A DNA stretch of 64,000 nucleotides from Eledone cirrhosa (Eukaryota), in assembly GCA_964016885.1 (NCBI GenBank), contig OZ024745.1, positions 45,508,001 through 45,572,000 on the forward strand. Reading direction: 5' to 3'. The position numbers and the translations under genes are program-made. Below the pieces are notes generated by a model, which was given only the letters and a program-made list of their open reading frames with translations, was not told where the DNA came from and did no database searches. Numbering within the stretch: position 1 is the first letter of the stretch; the number at the start of each line of letters is the position of its first letter. Of the stretch, positions 28,078-41,924 are shown one piece after another.

Positions 28078-28526
28078 GAAGGCGCATGACTCATCATCGT
28101 AAAGACGGAAGCTCCATTCACAGAGCAGGAGACGCATTCTCTCCTTGAATATGACGCTTAATTTTATGTTGCAATCCACTCAGGTGGCAAAATTCAGTTT
28201 TACCTGTATTTCAAACGGCAAGTTTAATCAAACACTGTATCACAATGATGTGCGATAAGTGTCTGGAAGTGTCTGTGGAATGCTCAGTCACTTGCGAGTT
28301 AGACAAGCTGGCTGTCCCATTGATGAAATAGCTAAAATATTTCTCACCAGAATCGATGGAGATCCAACAAAACCCATTCTCACTCACATACATTTATATA
28401 TAGGTATCTATTATATGTATGTATGTGTGTATGTATGTATGTATGTATGTATGTATGTATGTATGTATGTATGTATGTATGTATGTATGTATGTATGTAT
28501 GTATGTATGTGTGTATGTGTGTATGT

Positions 28527-28586
<60 letters not shown>

Positions 28587-28740
28587 CATGTATATGTATG
28601 CAGGCTGGAGCACTCGATTCGTCGCGTGCTCCAGCCTGCATACTGAGGTCTTGGTGCGCAGGTTGGTTTGGTTACTCCGGAGTAATGTAAAATAAAGTAA
28701 AATAAATAAGTCAAATGTTTAAAATTTAGCTTCGTTTATT

Positions 28741-28795
28741 ACTGCTATATATATTTCGGTGACAGCCATCTTTGGCTGTGACCTCTTCAGGCAGT
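28741..28795 (-). ncRNA. type I hammerhead ribozyme
   Basis: ACTGC-CTGAAGA-GGTCACAGCCA aaga TGGCTGTCACC-GAAA-TATATA-TA-GCAGT: helix I ACTGC/GCAGT, intact core, palindromic helix III. Confidence 0.8.
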
Positions 28796-29045
28796 CCGAA
28801 TTAGTGTGGTATAGACAAGTACATATGTTGTTGAGGTGTATAATTTTGTCAATACTCTGATATGCCCAGTTCCTAGTTGGGTTGTTATTTCACTGAGGAA
28901 CTGGAATCATATCTGAGAAACTGGAATCATATGATTCCAGTTCCTCAGTGAAATAACAACACAACCAGGAACTGGGCATATCAGAGTATTGACAAAATTA
29001 TACACCTCAACAACATATGTACTTGTCGATACCACACTAATTCGG

Positions 29046-29100
29046 ACTGCCCGAAGAGGTCACAGCCAAAGATGGCTGTCACCGAAATATATATAGCAGT
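29046..29100 (+). ncRNA. type I hammerhead, mirror copy with core CCGAAGA (U4C)
   Basis: Reverse complement of 28741-28795 with one core change. Confidence 0.55.
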
Positions 29101-29159
29101 AATAAACGAAGCTAAATTTTAAACATTTGACTTATTTATTTTACTTTATTTTATATATA

Positions 29160-29234
<75 letters not shown>

Positions 29235-29244
<10 letters not shown>

Positions 29245-29675
29245 TACACGGGTGTGTATGATTGTGTATGGGAGATTATATTAATAAAAGGAATTCCAAC
29301 TTTGTCTGATTTACTCGTTTTATTTACAATCCTTTAAAATTATAAATTATAATGATATTATAATGAAATAGTATGGTAGAATATTAAATGTTAAGTGTTA
29401 ATTGAACAAATACTTTCATGCTTTCGCAATCTTCAGTTTCATATTCAGTGCAATTGCAAACTTGACTGTCACCATTGAATATGAACCTGAAGATTGCGAA
29501 AGCATGAGAGTATTTGTTCAATTAACACTTAACATTTAATATTCTACCATACTATTTCATTATAATATCATTATAATTTTAAAGGATTGTAAATAAAACG
29601 AGTAAATCAGACAAAGTTGGAATTCCTTTTATTAATATAATCTTCTATACACAATCATACACACCCGTGTATATT

Positions 29676-29690
<15 letters not shown>
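29235..29690. repeat. fold-back element (arms of about 210 bp) with a degenerate CTGAAGA-ttgc-GAAA motif near the centre
   Basis: ACACGGGTGTGTATGATTGTG... mirrored by ...CACAATCATACACACCCGTGT, (TA)n flanks. Confidence 0.8.
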
Positions 29691-29730
<40 letters not shown>

Positions 29731-29734
<4 letters not shown>

Positions 29735-30000
29735 AGTTATCGCCGTATTTTGACTAAGGAAATTAAAGAAATTATTTAGCCTGATAGTGGGGTTAAGAAC
29801 CCTCGGAGAAATGGAAAAAGATGAGTATTGACGTACAGGTACGTCAATACTCATCTTTTTCCATTTCTCCGAGGGTTCTTAACCCCACTATCAGGCTAAA
29901 TAATTTCTTTAATTTCCTTAGTCAAAATACGGCGATAACTTACATTTCTAATAATTTCAAACCCACTCGCTGTTTCGAAAATATTCTTACATATTTACAT
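29731..30000. repeat. fold-back element with ~105-bp essentially perfect arms, centre GACGTAC-ag-GTACGTC (29830-29845)
   Basis: Direct reverse-complement match 29731-29836 vs 29839-29945. The right arm continues into a unique tail up to (TA)n. Confidence 0.85.
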
Positions 30001-30186
30001 ATATATATATATATGTATATATATAGTGTATGTGTGTGTGTACGAGTGTGTGTTTATGTGTGTGTATAGAGAGGTAGATGACAGGAGAGCAGAAGAAGGA
30101 GGAGGAAAGTAGAAAAATGGGAAATGTTTGACTGTCCTTGAATATTATGATGAGAAATATAACTAATATTCTGTATTTTCTATTAG

Positions 30187-30337
30187 GTTTTAGCAGGCCC
30201 ATGGGAAATAGCTCGAACGAGTATTTTGATGGAGGAGAACAATCGAGACGGCAAATTTGGTGTTCTGGTGCGGGCAAAATTATGTGACGGATTCAATCAG
30301 AATATACAGGCACCCGTAACCGTAAAAATCGCCAGAA
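30187..30337 (+). CDS. RET-like: RET-like receptor tyrosine kinase, kinase exon A (G-loop and VAIK-equivalent lysine)
   Basis: ttag|GTT...AGA A|gtaagt; VLAGPWEIARTSILMEENNRDGKFGVLVRAKLCDGFNQNIQAPVTVKIAR aligns with RET [29 protein letters not shown]...TVAVKMLK. Phase 1 end matches the next exon. Not in the ORF track. Confidence 0.8.
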
Positions 30338-30398
30338 GTAAGTATTGATAAACTATAAGATAACTGTTTTAAGGGGCAAATGGAATTATTACTGCTTT

Positions 30399-30563
30399 GC
30401 ACGGTGGATTGGCAGAATAGGTAGAGAGTCGGACGCCATGCTTTCCAGCATAGTTACATCCCTTTACGATCTGAGTTCAAATTCCGCCGAGGTTAACTTT
30501 GCCTTTCATCCTTACGGGGTCGATAAAATAAAGTACCAGTAATGTACTGGGTAATTGCTGGCC
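30399..30563 (+). mobile_element. SINE family A, near full length
   Basis: tRNA-like head (TGGCAGAATAGG...GAGTTCAAATTCC) plus core. Confidence 0.8.
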
Positions 30564-30979
30564 TTTCTTAGTCTAACAACCTATGTTTTTTATCTTTATG
30601 CCCTTGTGTATAGTAATGAGGTCTACTAAACTGTGTTGATAAATGTTCTCCGCTTACCGGTTAAAACATCTTTATCAGCTATAATCATTTGTTGTATCAA
30701 CGGTGGGAAATTCTAGAAGAAGAGTGATTTTCTTTAGTTTTCAGCTCTAATCTTAAAACTACAATGGAAAGCTTCTGCGATAAATTAGTATCCTATCCAA
30801 GAATGAAAATGTCTCTGATATCCTTTATCAGAATAATCATGTGAATAATCACTAAGGTACGGCAACTAGTGTGTTAAAACACCTTCAAATTGTAAAGAAA
30901 ACAACAGCTGATATAAACAATATCTAATACTTGCTTTGTTATTTGAAGCTGGCATATAGGTATGGTCACATTTCTTCTC

Positions 30980-31100
30980 CAGAGGTCAACTTTGCCTTTC
31001 ATCCTTCTGCCTTTGATAAAATAAAGTACCAGCTAAGTAGTGGGGTTGATTGCTCATCCCGCCAAATCTTCTGGTCTTATGCCGAAATAGGAAATCAATT
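30980..31100 (+). mobile_element. degenerate SINE family A
   Basis: GGTCAACTTTGCCTTTCATCCTT...GATAAAATAAAGTACCAG. Confidence 0.65.
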
Positions 31101-31483
31101 TTTGTACATGAAATTTCAATATTGAGTTTTTTTCATGCGAAACCAATCACTTACTAGCACAATGTCCAGTATTGTTAGAGGTGATTTGATTGGGGCAGGG
31201 CAACGGTTCAGACCCCATTATTTCAACAATCATTGAAGCTAATGGAGGATTCATTGAATATATATCATAAATGTATTGTAAATAATATCTGTACCAATTT
31301 GTATCTTATTCGCTGTGATACACGTCTTTTTCTAAGTTTTTGTAAATATCGTAAAAAACTGACGATCCCTGTACACACGCACACACACACACACACACAA
31401 TACACACACACACACCCACATATATATATGTGTGTGTGTGTGTACATATATATGTATACATATATAAATATATATCTATCTAT

Positions 31484-32752
31484 CTAAGGCGGGTAAAATT
31501 CCCGAGATCCATGGACGAGTTCTCTCCAGCGGTCTCTGTCCCTCATTATCGCTGCCATATCCTGCATCTCCAACAGACCAGTGTCTGTCCTTAGGGCATC
31601 AACATATGTTAACCTTGGTCTTCCTCTTCTAGTGTGTCCATGTAGGGGCTCCCAAAGGAGCACTGAGTGCAATGTCAACTCTGGATGTCGGTGAGCATGT
31701 CCAGCCAACCTCAGTCTCCTCTGTGTCACTTTTGAGCTGACTTTTGGGATGCTCCCATACAGCTCTGAGTTTGTCATCCTCAGTGTATACTGATTAATGT
31801 TCAGAGCCATCCTCAGCATTCTCGTGTAGCACCCATCCACCATCTGAGTGAGTCTCTTGGTCAGTGTCCAAGTCCCAGACCCATACAGCAGCACAGACTC
31901 CACTACAGCAATGAAGAGGCGGATTTTCAGGTCTCTACAAAGGTCCGACTTCCACACCGATCTCAAGCTGTGACACGCCGCCCAGGCCTTGCTCTTCCTC
32001 TCAACCACATCATCTTCCGTATTCCCAATCTTTGCTCCCAAATACAGGAAGTTCTCAACCAATTCCAGCGGCTTCCCGCCTACATTAGTGATCCCCTCTG
32101 GCTTCTCAACATTCTCTACCAGATATTTTGTTTTAGTCTCATTCATTCTCAGCCCCACACTCATCGACACAGTCTCAACCTCCCGCATCAAATCCTCTGC
32201 CTCCTTCATTGTATTTGTCACCAAAACTATGTCGTCGGCAAATTCAGCATCCGATACCTTTTTCGCCCCAACTCTCCTGCTCTGAGCCGGTGCTACAGTA
32301 AAGCCAGTGTCCTGGTGTTTCTCCAGTGCAAGGCGCATACAATAGTCCACCACGATGATAAAAAGGTAGGGAGCCAATGTATCTCCCTGGAGCACTCCAG
32401 CCAGTATCTCAAAGAACTCTGTCATCCCATCAGGTGTAATGACTTGGGCTTTGGTGTTGGTGTAGAGCAGTGATATCAGGTCTACTATCCTCTTGGGGAT
32501 TCCATAAGCCTGTAAGATTTTCATCAGGCAGTAACGGTCCACAGAATCAAAGGCCTTCCTAAAGTCAATGAAAACCATGACCGCAGGAAGGCACTTTGCT
32601 CTAGCTCCCTCTAATATCCTCTTCAGCATCAGGATGTGACTGGTGGTTGATCTACCCTCTCTGAAGCCGTTCTGGTTGTCCCTGAGCTTCTTCTACATCT
32701 CAGGCTGGATCCTGTTAAGAATCATCCTGTTGAGGGTCTTTGCCACAAGTGA
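31484..32752 (-). mobile_element. RTE-clade LINE 3' fragment (reverse transcriptase)
   Basis: ORF 31484-32629: FIDFRKAFDSV, GVLQGDTLAPYLF, FADD, FLYLG, LLYGS.TW, RRLRLAGH, RGRPR. (TA)n flanks. Confidence 0.9.
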
Positions 32753-32778
32753 CGTCATATATATATATATATGTATAA

Positions 32779-32912
<134 letters not shown>

Positions 32913-33642
32913 ATGTTTACATATATATATATAAATATATATATATATATGCATATGTATAAATATTTATATATTTTATATATATATATATATATACACA
33001 CACACAAATATAAATGTTTATACATATATGTTTGTGTACACACTAATGTATATATATCGTGCTTTCTGAAAGTTTAGTTTGTAAGAAGCTATTTGCAATC
33101 ACTTTTCGCTTTATACTGTTAAGTACTGTACGTAATCGTGAAATGCTTATTTGTTATTTTTTTATATCGATTTAGTATGGGTGTGATTTATCGACTGGTA
33201 AAGAGTTAACCTCTTGTATAGCTGATACAAGCAACAACAATTTCACACACCTTATGTCCTACTATTTCTATTAGTCAAATTGATTTAGATAATTTGTTTA
33301 ACGAAAAAATATAAAGAAACACAGCATGATTTATATTTATTTATAATCCTGAATGTCTAATTAATATATTATTCACGATATATACTTCATTATGATTTAA
33401 TATTACCGCTAATTTCTAGAGCAGTCACTAGTAACGATAATCCAAGGTAGTGCTTAAGGGAATATATTTTGAAGAATGTGGGATGAATGAATGTCATCTA
33501 TGGAATCTGGAGATTGACAAAAATTCCAAATAATTTAACGTAATACAGAACTAAATTGTTTCTAGCTTATTGTAATATAAATCATATTTATGGCATAATA
33601 AGATGGAGAAACTAATCGTATTGTTAAACATATTTATTGCAG

Positions 33643-33750
33643 ATGGTTCCACTGGAAATGACAGGCAATATCTTTGGTCAGAATTTATACTACTTAGAAG
33701 TTTAAAGCACGCCAATATCATCCGATTAATCGGCGTGTGTTCTTGGAGAG
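33643..33750 (+). CDS. RET-like: RET-like receptor tyrosine kinase, kinase exon B (alphaC helix)
   Basis: ttgcag|AT GGT...AGA G|gtatgt, 108 nt, phase 1-1; (N)GSTGNDRQYLWSEFILLRSLKHANIIRLIGVCSWR aligns with RET [36 protein letters not shown]. Confidence 0.88.
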
Positions 33751-35287
33751 GTATGTATAATCTTATAGTTATATCTAAGATCGTATCATCAATCATTTCT
33801 TCAATCAATAAATAAATTAATGAATGAATCAATTATATATTCATCCATGTATCCATCATTTGAAATTTCTCTTCCAATCTGTGTCCCTTTCCTTCTCTAC
33901 GACATTAATTATCTACGCTAGGGACTCCAGGAGTGAGCATGCGTATGAGCATGGTATGTGTATGTGGGTATATTTTTATATCAAATTCTATATGAAATAT
34001 TGAATAATTCATAATATAAACAATGGGTTGGAAACTATGAAAAGTTCGTTTTTCATTCGTCTGAAGTTCATCATATTGTTTTACCGATAAAACGACTTTG
34101 ATATTACTGGTACTTAAATAATACAGAAACTGTGCCTTCTGTGCTGACAACGTCAGGATAGTATAGAAAAGCATTACAACATATAAAATTTCGTGTGGAA
34201 TGAAGAAATGATTTAAATGTATTATATAATTCAGAAGGACTCTCTGCATGAACGAAAAACATTGGACGTTAGTGCGAACGGTTTAAGGCACGGGGCATTA
34301 AAAACTAGGAATGAATATGCATCAAAACAATCAAAATAGCAATTAGGCAACTATGGGATATATCGCCTGACGGGTTTAAGTCTAATTTGGATCTCCACAA
34401 CGAAGCATCGTCACCACGCATTTGTTAAATATAATTCGTATTTCTTCGTAAATAGGCAGAAGGTCCAGATTTACGGAAGTTGCGAAATGATACGTTGTAG
34501 CATCTATACATTTTCAAAGAAATTAGAGATTTACCCAGATTGAAATGGTTATAATTAAGACTATAATATTGGCTCTAGTTTGGGATCTTTGAGAACATAC
34601 CTTCCTACTAAGACTGACATCAGTCGGACATTTTAATATGATGAACTAACTTCTACGCATATTCATATAGAAATTATTTAGTATTAAAAACTGGATGTGC
34701 TTTTGCGTAACAATTATGTTACTTAGACCAGGAAATTATTTTAAAATTGCTAATGCCTGTCTTGTCTTTTGCTTGTTTGTTTGTATGGATATTTTAATGC
34801 TAAAAATCTATAACTCTTGGACAACTAACTTAGACGTAGCTACACTAACAGTCAATAAAAAAGACCTTTTCTTCTATTGAACCTACAGACATAGAAAGCA
34901 CTGTGAACATCCAAGCACACTTATACTGACATTGGCACGAACCAACAATAAGTCTCTTCTAAGTACACATATATTTGTAATACAAACCTTCAGAAACAAA
35001 TACACCAGTGTTTAGCATTAATTTACTAAACATCCTAAAGTGCGTATCAATGTATCAAACAACACAGATTGTTTAGTACGTAGTTAAATTACCTTACTGA
35101 ACCACGAAATAGAGATAAAATATCCCCTGTGAACGGAGATGTATTTCTGTAAGTGCAATTTCTGTCATAATATGTTTGTAAACACCCGGCGACATGATGA
35201 TTGTTTCATGTCTTCATATGTATGTATGTGTGCAAATATATATATTTTTGTGTACACAGACAGAGAGAAATGGATTCGAAAGTGCTG

Positions 35288-35289
<2 letters not shown>

Positions 35290-35380
<91 letters not shown>

Positions 35381-35402
35381 AGATGGAGAAAGAATAAGAT
35401 AG

Positions 35403-35436
<34 letters not shown>

Positions 35437-35458
35437 AGGAAATAGATGGAGAAAGAAT

Positions 35459-35518
<60 letters not shown>

Positions 35519-35525
35519 AAGAGAT
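35290..35525. repeat. (GA)n/(GATA)n compound microsatellite with a duplicated spacer
   Basis: GGAAATAGATGGAGAAAGAATAAGATAG occurs twice. Confidence 0.9.
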
Positions 35526-37002
35526 GGAGAAGGGACCGACCCTGCTACTCGTGAGAGTGGAGAGATAGATACGTAGATGTTTATAGACAGAAAGAGAGGG
35601 AGGGGGAGCGGAGGTGGTTAAATATGAGACTGAGATAGGGTGATAGAAACAGAGAGTCAAGAGAATTACAGGTTTGGGAGAAAAAAATCGATATGGAAGA
35701 TCGAAAGCACAAAGAGATATAGCTTTATCTTTTTTTCTAACATTGGTAAAGACATCGTCCGGATATTATCCACATTGGCTTCCTCTATTTCGCTCCCTAT
35801 TCTTTCTTATAATATCCCATATATACAAAACACGCGATTTGTGTTTGTTTCATCTCCATATGCTTCATTTTTCCTCTTCCCCTAACATCCTTTTTTCCAC
35901 GCTATCTCCTCCTCTCTCTTTCGCTTGTGATGAGAAGAATCTGTAGGGAAACGAACCATACATCCCTCCTGTGACGGGCGAACGAGGTTACACATTACGT
36001 CTAAGAACCCGCTAATTGCTATATTGAAGAGGACTGGTTATGTAGCTAATGTCGCTGATGTTGTCATAATAAAAGCTGCAAAACTGAACGGTATTTAGTA
36101 TCGTAAGTTAAGTGAAACAAAATGAATATAGTTTTGGTCAGTATTTGCTTATAAAATAAATGCCTTTATTGATCCGTCCCTCTTGCATGGTTGAATCACT
36201 CTATTGTTAGTAAGTGAAGATCTCCAAATTTAGCAAAGTTCGTCTTCAATGACTATGTTCTTTTGACAAAGATTTGGAAACTAGAGGTGAATGTTTGAGA
36301 AATCCTTATTTCTTACATTATTATAATTAAATAACTTAATGTATTGAGTACATTTTCCTTGTTTGTTTAAATAACGATACATACAGACAAAACACATGCA
36401 TGCCGTTGGCTGTGTATGCATGTATGTGTGCATGCACGTGTATGTGTATGTACATATATGTTTATGTACAAATATTTGTATGTACGAGTATGTGCATGTA
36501 TAGGTGTATATACATGTATATATGTATATGTGTGTAGATTGACGTGTATGTATGTACCTGTGTGTGTATATACATGATGTATATAAATAAACAAAGAATA
36601 ATTATATAAATGCACAGACTCACGGTAAAAAAAGATTTACAGCTACGTATCATTGCACAATTATGCATATGTAGATACACAGAAGCAATATTCACATAGT
36701 TTCAAAGAATGAGACAGATTTATAGATATACAAACATACATGACACACTAATACACACAAAAGCCACCACGCGTTTACTGTGAACCTACACAGACATACA
36801 TATATGCCCTCACAAGATCACACACACAGAACAATGCAAAGCATTTCATGTCAGCAGTAATGAACGGCAAAGCATGATAGGAGAAAGACGTAACCGAATA
36901 GAAAGTCAAACAACCGTGTCTTCAGTACATATCCTATTTACACGGCATGTAACTCAAGTATCTCCATAATTACAGGCTACATAATACCTACATTATCATT
37001 TC

Positions 37003-37560
37003 ACCACCACCGCCACCACCGCCGCCACCACCACCACCACCACCGTCACTACCACCACCTAGGCTATCACCGCCATCAACATCATCATCACCATCATCAC
37101 TAACACCATCACCACTACCACCACTCTCTACACCACCATCATCATTACCACCATCACCTCCACCACCACTACCACCACCGTCACTACCACCACCTAGGCT
37201 ATCACCGCCATCAACATCATCATCATCATCATCACTAACACCATCACCACTACCACCACTCTCTACACCACCATCATCATTACCACCATCACCTCCACCA
37301 CCACTACCACCACCGTCACTACCACCACCTAGGCTATCACCGCCATCAACATCATCATCATCATCATCATCACTAACACCATCACCACCACCACCACTCT
37401 CTACACCACCATCATCATTACCACCATCACCACTATCAGCACCAGATCCACCATCACCGTCACTACCACCAACACCGCCACCACCACCACCACCACCACC
37501 ACCACCACCACCACCACCACCACCACCACTACCAACACCGCCACCCACATTACCACCAGC
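37003..37560. repeat. (CCA/CAT)-rich minisatellite, three 135-bp units
   Basis: AGGCTATCAC recurs at 37061, 37196 and 37331. Confidence 0.88.
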
Positions 37561-37700
37561 AATAATAACATCCCCTCATCACCACCAATACCACAAACAA
37601 CAATAAGACCACAACAAAAAGAGTCTCAAAATACTCCGCAAGTTTCGAGAACTCTGTTGAGTAAATGGTCTTACAAGTTTTAAACTGGTTCTATCCTGAT

Positions 37701-37749
<49 letters not shown>

Positions 37750-37753
<4 letters not shown>

Positions 37754-38057
37754 ATAGTAGAGACTGAATACTCTCCACGCATTCCATTTTGTAACACTTA
37801 ATGTATTTTCCGTATACAGACCCACGTGTGTATCTCATACTTCTCTTGTGTACTCTCTCATATGCATACACGTTCTTTTTTATATATATATTCTGCACGC
37901 ATTTTCTATGTACAGTGTCTGCGCATACTATTTTATATATAGTATGCGCAGACAGTACATAGAAGTATGAGATACACACGTGGGTTTGTATACGGAAAAT
38001 ACATTAAGTGTTACAAAATGAATGGAATGCGTGGAGAGTATGCACTCTCTACTATCA
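37750..38057. repeat. nested fold-back element between (TA)n tracts
   Basis: Outer arms about 37750-37845/37960-38057. Inner hairpin TGTCTGCGCATACTAT...ATAGTATGCGCAGACA. Confidence 0.8.
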
Positions 38058-38058
38058 G

Positions 38059-38383
<325 letters not shown>

Positions 38384-38391
38384 ATATATAT

Positions 38392-38730
38392 AGAATGCTG
38401 AGGATGGCTCTGAACATTAATCAGTATACACTGAGGATGACAAACTCAGAGCTGTATGGGAGCATCCCAAAAGTCAGCTCAAAAGTGACACAGAGGAGAC
38501 TGAGGTTAGCTGGACATGCTCACCGACATCCAGAGTTGACATTGCACTCAGTACTCCTTTGGGAGCCCCTACATGGACACACTAGAAGAGGAAGGCCAAG
38601 GTTAACGTATGTTGATGCCCTAAGGACAGACACTGGTCTGTTGGAGATGCAGGGCATGGCAGCGATAATGAGGGACAGAGACCGCTGGAGAGAACTCGTC
38701 CATGGATCTCGGGAATTTTACCCGCCTTAG
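38392..38730 (+). mobile_element. RTE-clade LINE 3' end, nearly identical to 31484-31822 but inverted
   Basis: Same peptide RMLRMALNINQY...HGSREFYPP*. Confidence 0.9.
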
Positions 38731-38771
38731 ATATATCTATATATATAAATCAGGATAGAGCCAGTTTAAAA

Positions 38772-38831
<60 letters not shown>

Positions 38832-38863
38832 CCTACATATATATATATATATACATGTGTATG

Positions 38864-38924
<61 letters not shown>

Positions 38925-38926
38925 CC

Positions 38927-39025
<99 letters not shown>

Positions 39026-39027
39026 CC

Positions 39028-39074
<47 letters not shown>

Positions 39075-39934
39075 GAATAAATGGACAGAGAACAAAAAAC
39101 AGTGAGGCAGTACAAATGGTATGGTTTTTAGTTTCACGCTTGAGAGTGTGTGTGTGTGTGTGGGGGGGGGGGGTTATAAACGCATACCCACGTATGTACA
39201 TGTTTGTGTTTCAATAAACTTATACATAATTATTTTATAGTAATATTATTTCGATAAACCATGTATATATGTAAATAAATGTTCTTTATGAGAATGAGAA
39301 TGTTTATATTTAGTATCTCTGCAATTTTGGATATGAATATTTGAATTCTTGTGTAACATATATGCTTGAATGTATTTATAAAATATGCTCTGATTCATTT
39401 CGATGTAAAGTGTTTAATAATTGGTGAGAATGATGTGAGATTATTTAATGTTCTATTAAATTAATTAAAAACAAATTCGTGTAAGGGTTATTTCAGGAGA
39501 GTTTCCGTCAGAACAGATTAATATCCCTTTACTCTACATATTTGTTGTTGATAGATTATATTTCTCTTCTGAAGATCTTAATTTGTACTCGTTTTCTTTA
39601 GAATCTCTATAGATGGTAAAATGAAACCATATTTAGGAGCAGACAACTTTGGCTAATGATGAAAGTAGGGTCATGGTTACACTACTTTCAAAGAAACATT
39701 ATCGCAACGTTAACTGCATCAAAGCGAGGAACAAATAATGTGTAACTTGAAAGTAATATATTAAATTATAATGTAAAGATGAAGTCCTCAATGACTGAGT
39801 AATGAAGACCAGAAAAAAATTCAATATAGTTTATTTTAGACTATTCAAATGTAACCCCACTGAGTTTTCTTTGGTTGTATAGACATTTGAATTCAATCAT
39901 TTTCTCACATTAGCTTTTGATGATGAAAATGCGG

Positions 39935-40125
39935 TGTTTTAAAGTGTCGGACAAAATGATTTGCAGCATTCAAAGAAGGGTCTTTTATTTTCTGAGTTCA
40001 AATCCTGATGATGTTAACTTGGCATTTCATCCTTCCAGGGTCAATAAAATAAAGTAACAGTAAATTACTGGTGTCAGTATAATCGAATTTCCCGTCTGTT
40101 TAACACCCTTGTCCCTGTGCCTATA
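39935..40125 (+). mobile_element. degenerate SINE family A
   Basis: CTGAGTTCAAATCC...TTTCATCCTTCCAGGGTCAATAAAATAAAGTA. Confidence 0.65.
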
Positions 40126-40790
40126 AAGCAATATGCCTTTCATGAAAAGCCTGCTCATTTAAAACAGACATAGTGCTAAAGACAAGAAGCTACTATATGC
40201 TTTATTGCATCTTTTTCTTTTATTTTTCAAAATATACAAACTCTTATGGTTATCTCCTGTTACTTTTATCAATAATATTTTCTGCAGCTATTGCCAACAT
40301 TAATAGCAATACATATTAAAACAATAACAACCAACATGCTATTGGCAATATAAACCCCGAAATCAGTTCAGGGTGAAAATCTCTACATTCACAATAGAAA
40401 TGAGATTAAATACGCACGTACTTATTCTTGTCAATTTTCATAGAAATATTTATTTATCTTGGTGATGCATCATAGGAGTAGGCAGAACCTAACAAAATAC
40501 AAACAAAAGTATATATTTTCATTAACAAAAATAAATCAAAACAAAATAAGGAATATTTATGGTTTACCGTTATCCGGGGATTAAACTTTATTCTATTTTG
40601 ACAAGCAAGGAGTTGGCTTTTAGCCATTATACTTGTTAAAGTGTTAGGGTCAAACTTCAGTTCTATGTAGATTCCGACTCTGTTATATTTCTTTCATGTC
40701 TCTCGAAGGAAGACATTTTGTTGCGTATTTTCTTTGAAATGATATTTAAATACGTCAATATTTGATTTCATTATCTATGCATACATACCA

Positions 40791-40980
40791 GCGGTGGATT
40801 GGCAGTATCGGTAGAGGGTCGGACGCCATGCTTTGACGCATAGAGTTACGGCCCTTGTCATTCTGAGTTCAAATCCCGCCGAGGTTAACTTTGCCTTTCA
40901 TCCTTACGAGGTGGATAACATAAAGTACCAGTAATGTACTGGGATAATTGCTGACCTTGTGCTAAAAGTAGAAACCATTA
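40791..40980 (+). mobile_element. SINE family A, full length
   Basis: Head TGGCAGTATCGG, B-box-like GAGTTCAAATCC, core, tail CCTTGTGCTAAAAGTAGAAACCATTATT. Confidence 0.85.
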
Positions 40981-41278
40981 TCTATGCATGCATACATGCA
41001 TATATGTATGCATACGTATGTATGTATGTATGTATGTATGTATGTATGTATGTATGTATGTATGTATGTATGTATGTATGTATGTATGTATGTATGTATG
41101 TATGTATGTATGCATGCATGTATGTATGTGTGTTTGTATGTATATATGATTGTATGTATATATGTATGTACATATGTACGTTTACGTACATACATAAACG
41201 CAAAAACACAAAAACATGTACCCCCATATTAATATATATACACACACATATACACACATATATATATACACACATACA

Positions 41279-41332
<54 letters not shown>

Positions 41333-41333
41333 C

Positions 41334-41402
<69 letters not shown>

Positions 41403-41403
<1 letters not shown>

Positions 41404-41578
41404 GAGGGCAATCCCAAAAGTAAGATCTCCTTCCGATATTGCAACTTTTCCGTTAAAATCCTGTGGGTGGTGCTTCGGGAAACCCCAGGAACCAAAATTC
41501 AGAGAGCATCCAGAGTGATCCGCCGATCTTTACGCATGTTTTCCTCGGAAGGAAACCTTACTTTTGGGATTACCCTCG
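41403..41578. mobile_element. mariner-type MITE (176 bp)
   Basis: TA-CGAGGGCAATCCCAAAAGTAAG...CTTACTTTTGGGATTACCCTCG-TA. Confidence 0.85.
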
Positions 41579-41615
41579 TATATACATATATGTGTACATA
41601 TATATATATATATAG

Positions 41616-41703
<88 letters not shown>

Positions 41704-41807
41704 ATATATATATATACATATATATATATACATACATATATAGTCTATATATATTGACTACCTTACTTACTGTGGTTACCCCTGATTGAACCCGGGATAT
41801 ATACACA

Positions 41808-41924
<117 letters not shown>

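Larger units (their letters stand above)
28596..29154 (-). mobile_element. non-coding fold-back element (PLE pLTR-like) carrying a hammerhead in each arm
   Basis: Arms of about 230 bp centred at ~28930, an extra small hairpin at 28596-28641, (TA)n flanks. Confidence 0.8.

Noticed and set aside
33420-33446. Possible 27-nt micro-exon (QSLVTIIQ) upstream of kinase exon B
   Set aside because: Exon 30187-30337 already supplies the VTVK strand with a stronger donor and the right phase.
36988-37548. Gly/Asp-rich 186-aa ORF
   Set aside because: Product of a (CCA/CAT) minisatellite on the strand opposite the host gene, inside an intron.
38775-39070. CATATCCTACAT units spaced by (TA)n, superficially CRISPR-like
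   Set aside because: Spacers are pure microsatellite, the context is eukaryotic and there are no cas genes. This is slippage duplication.
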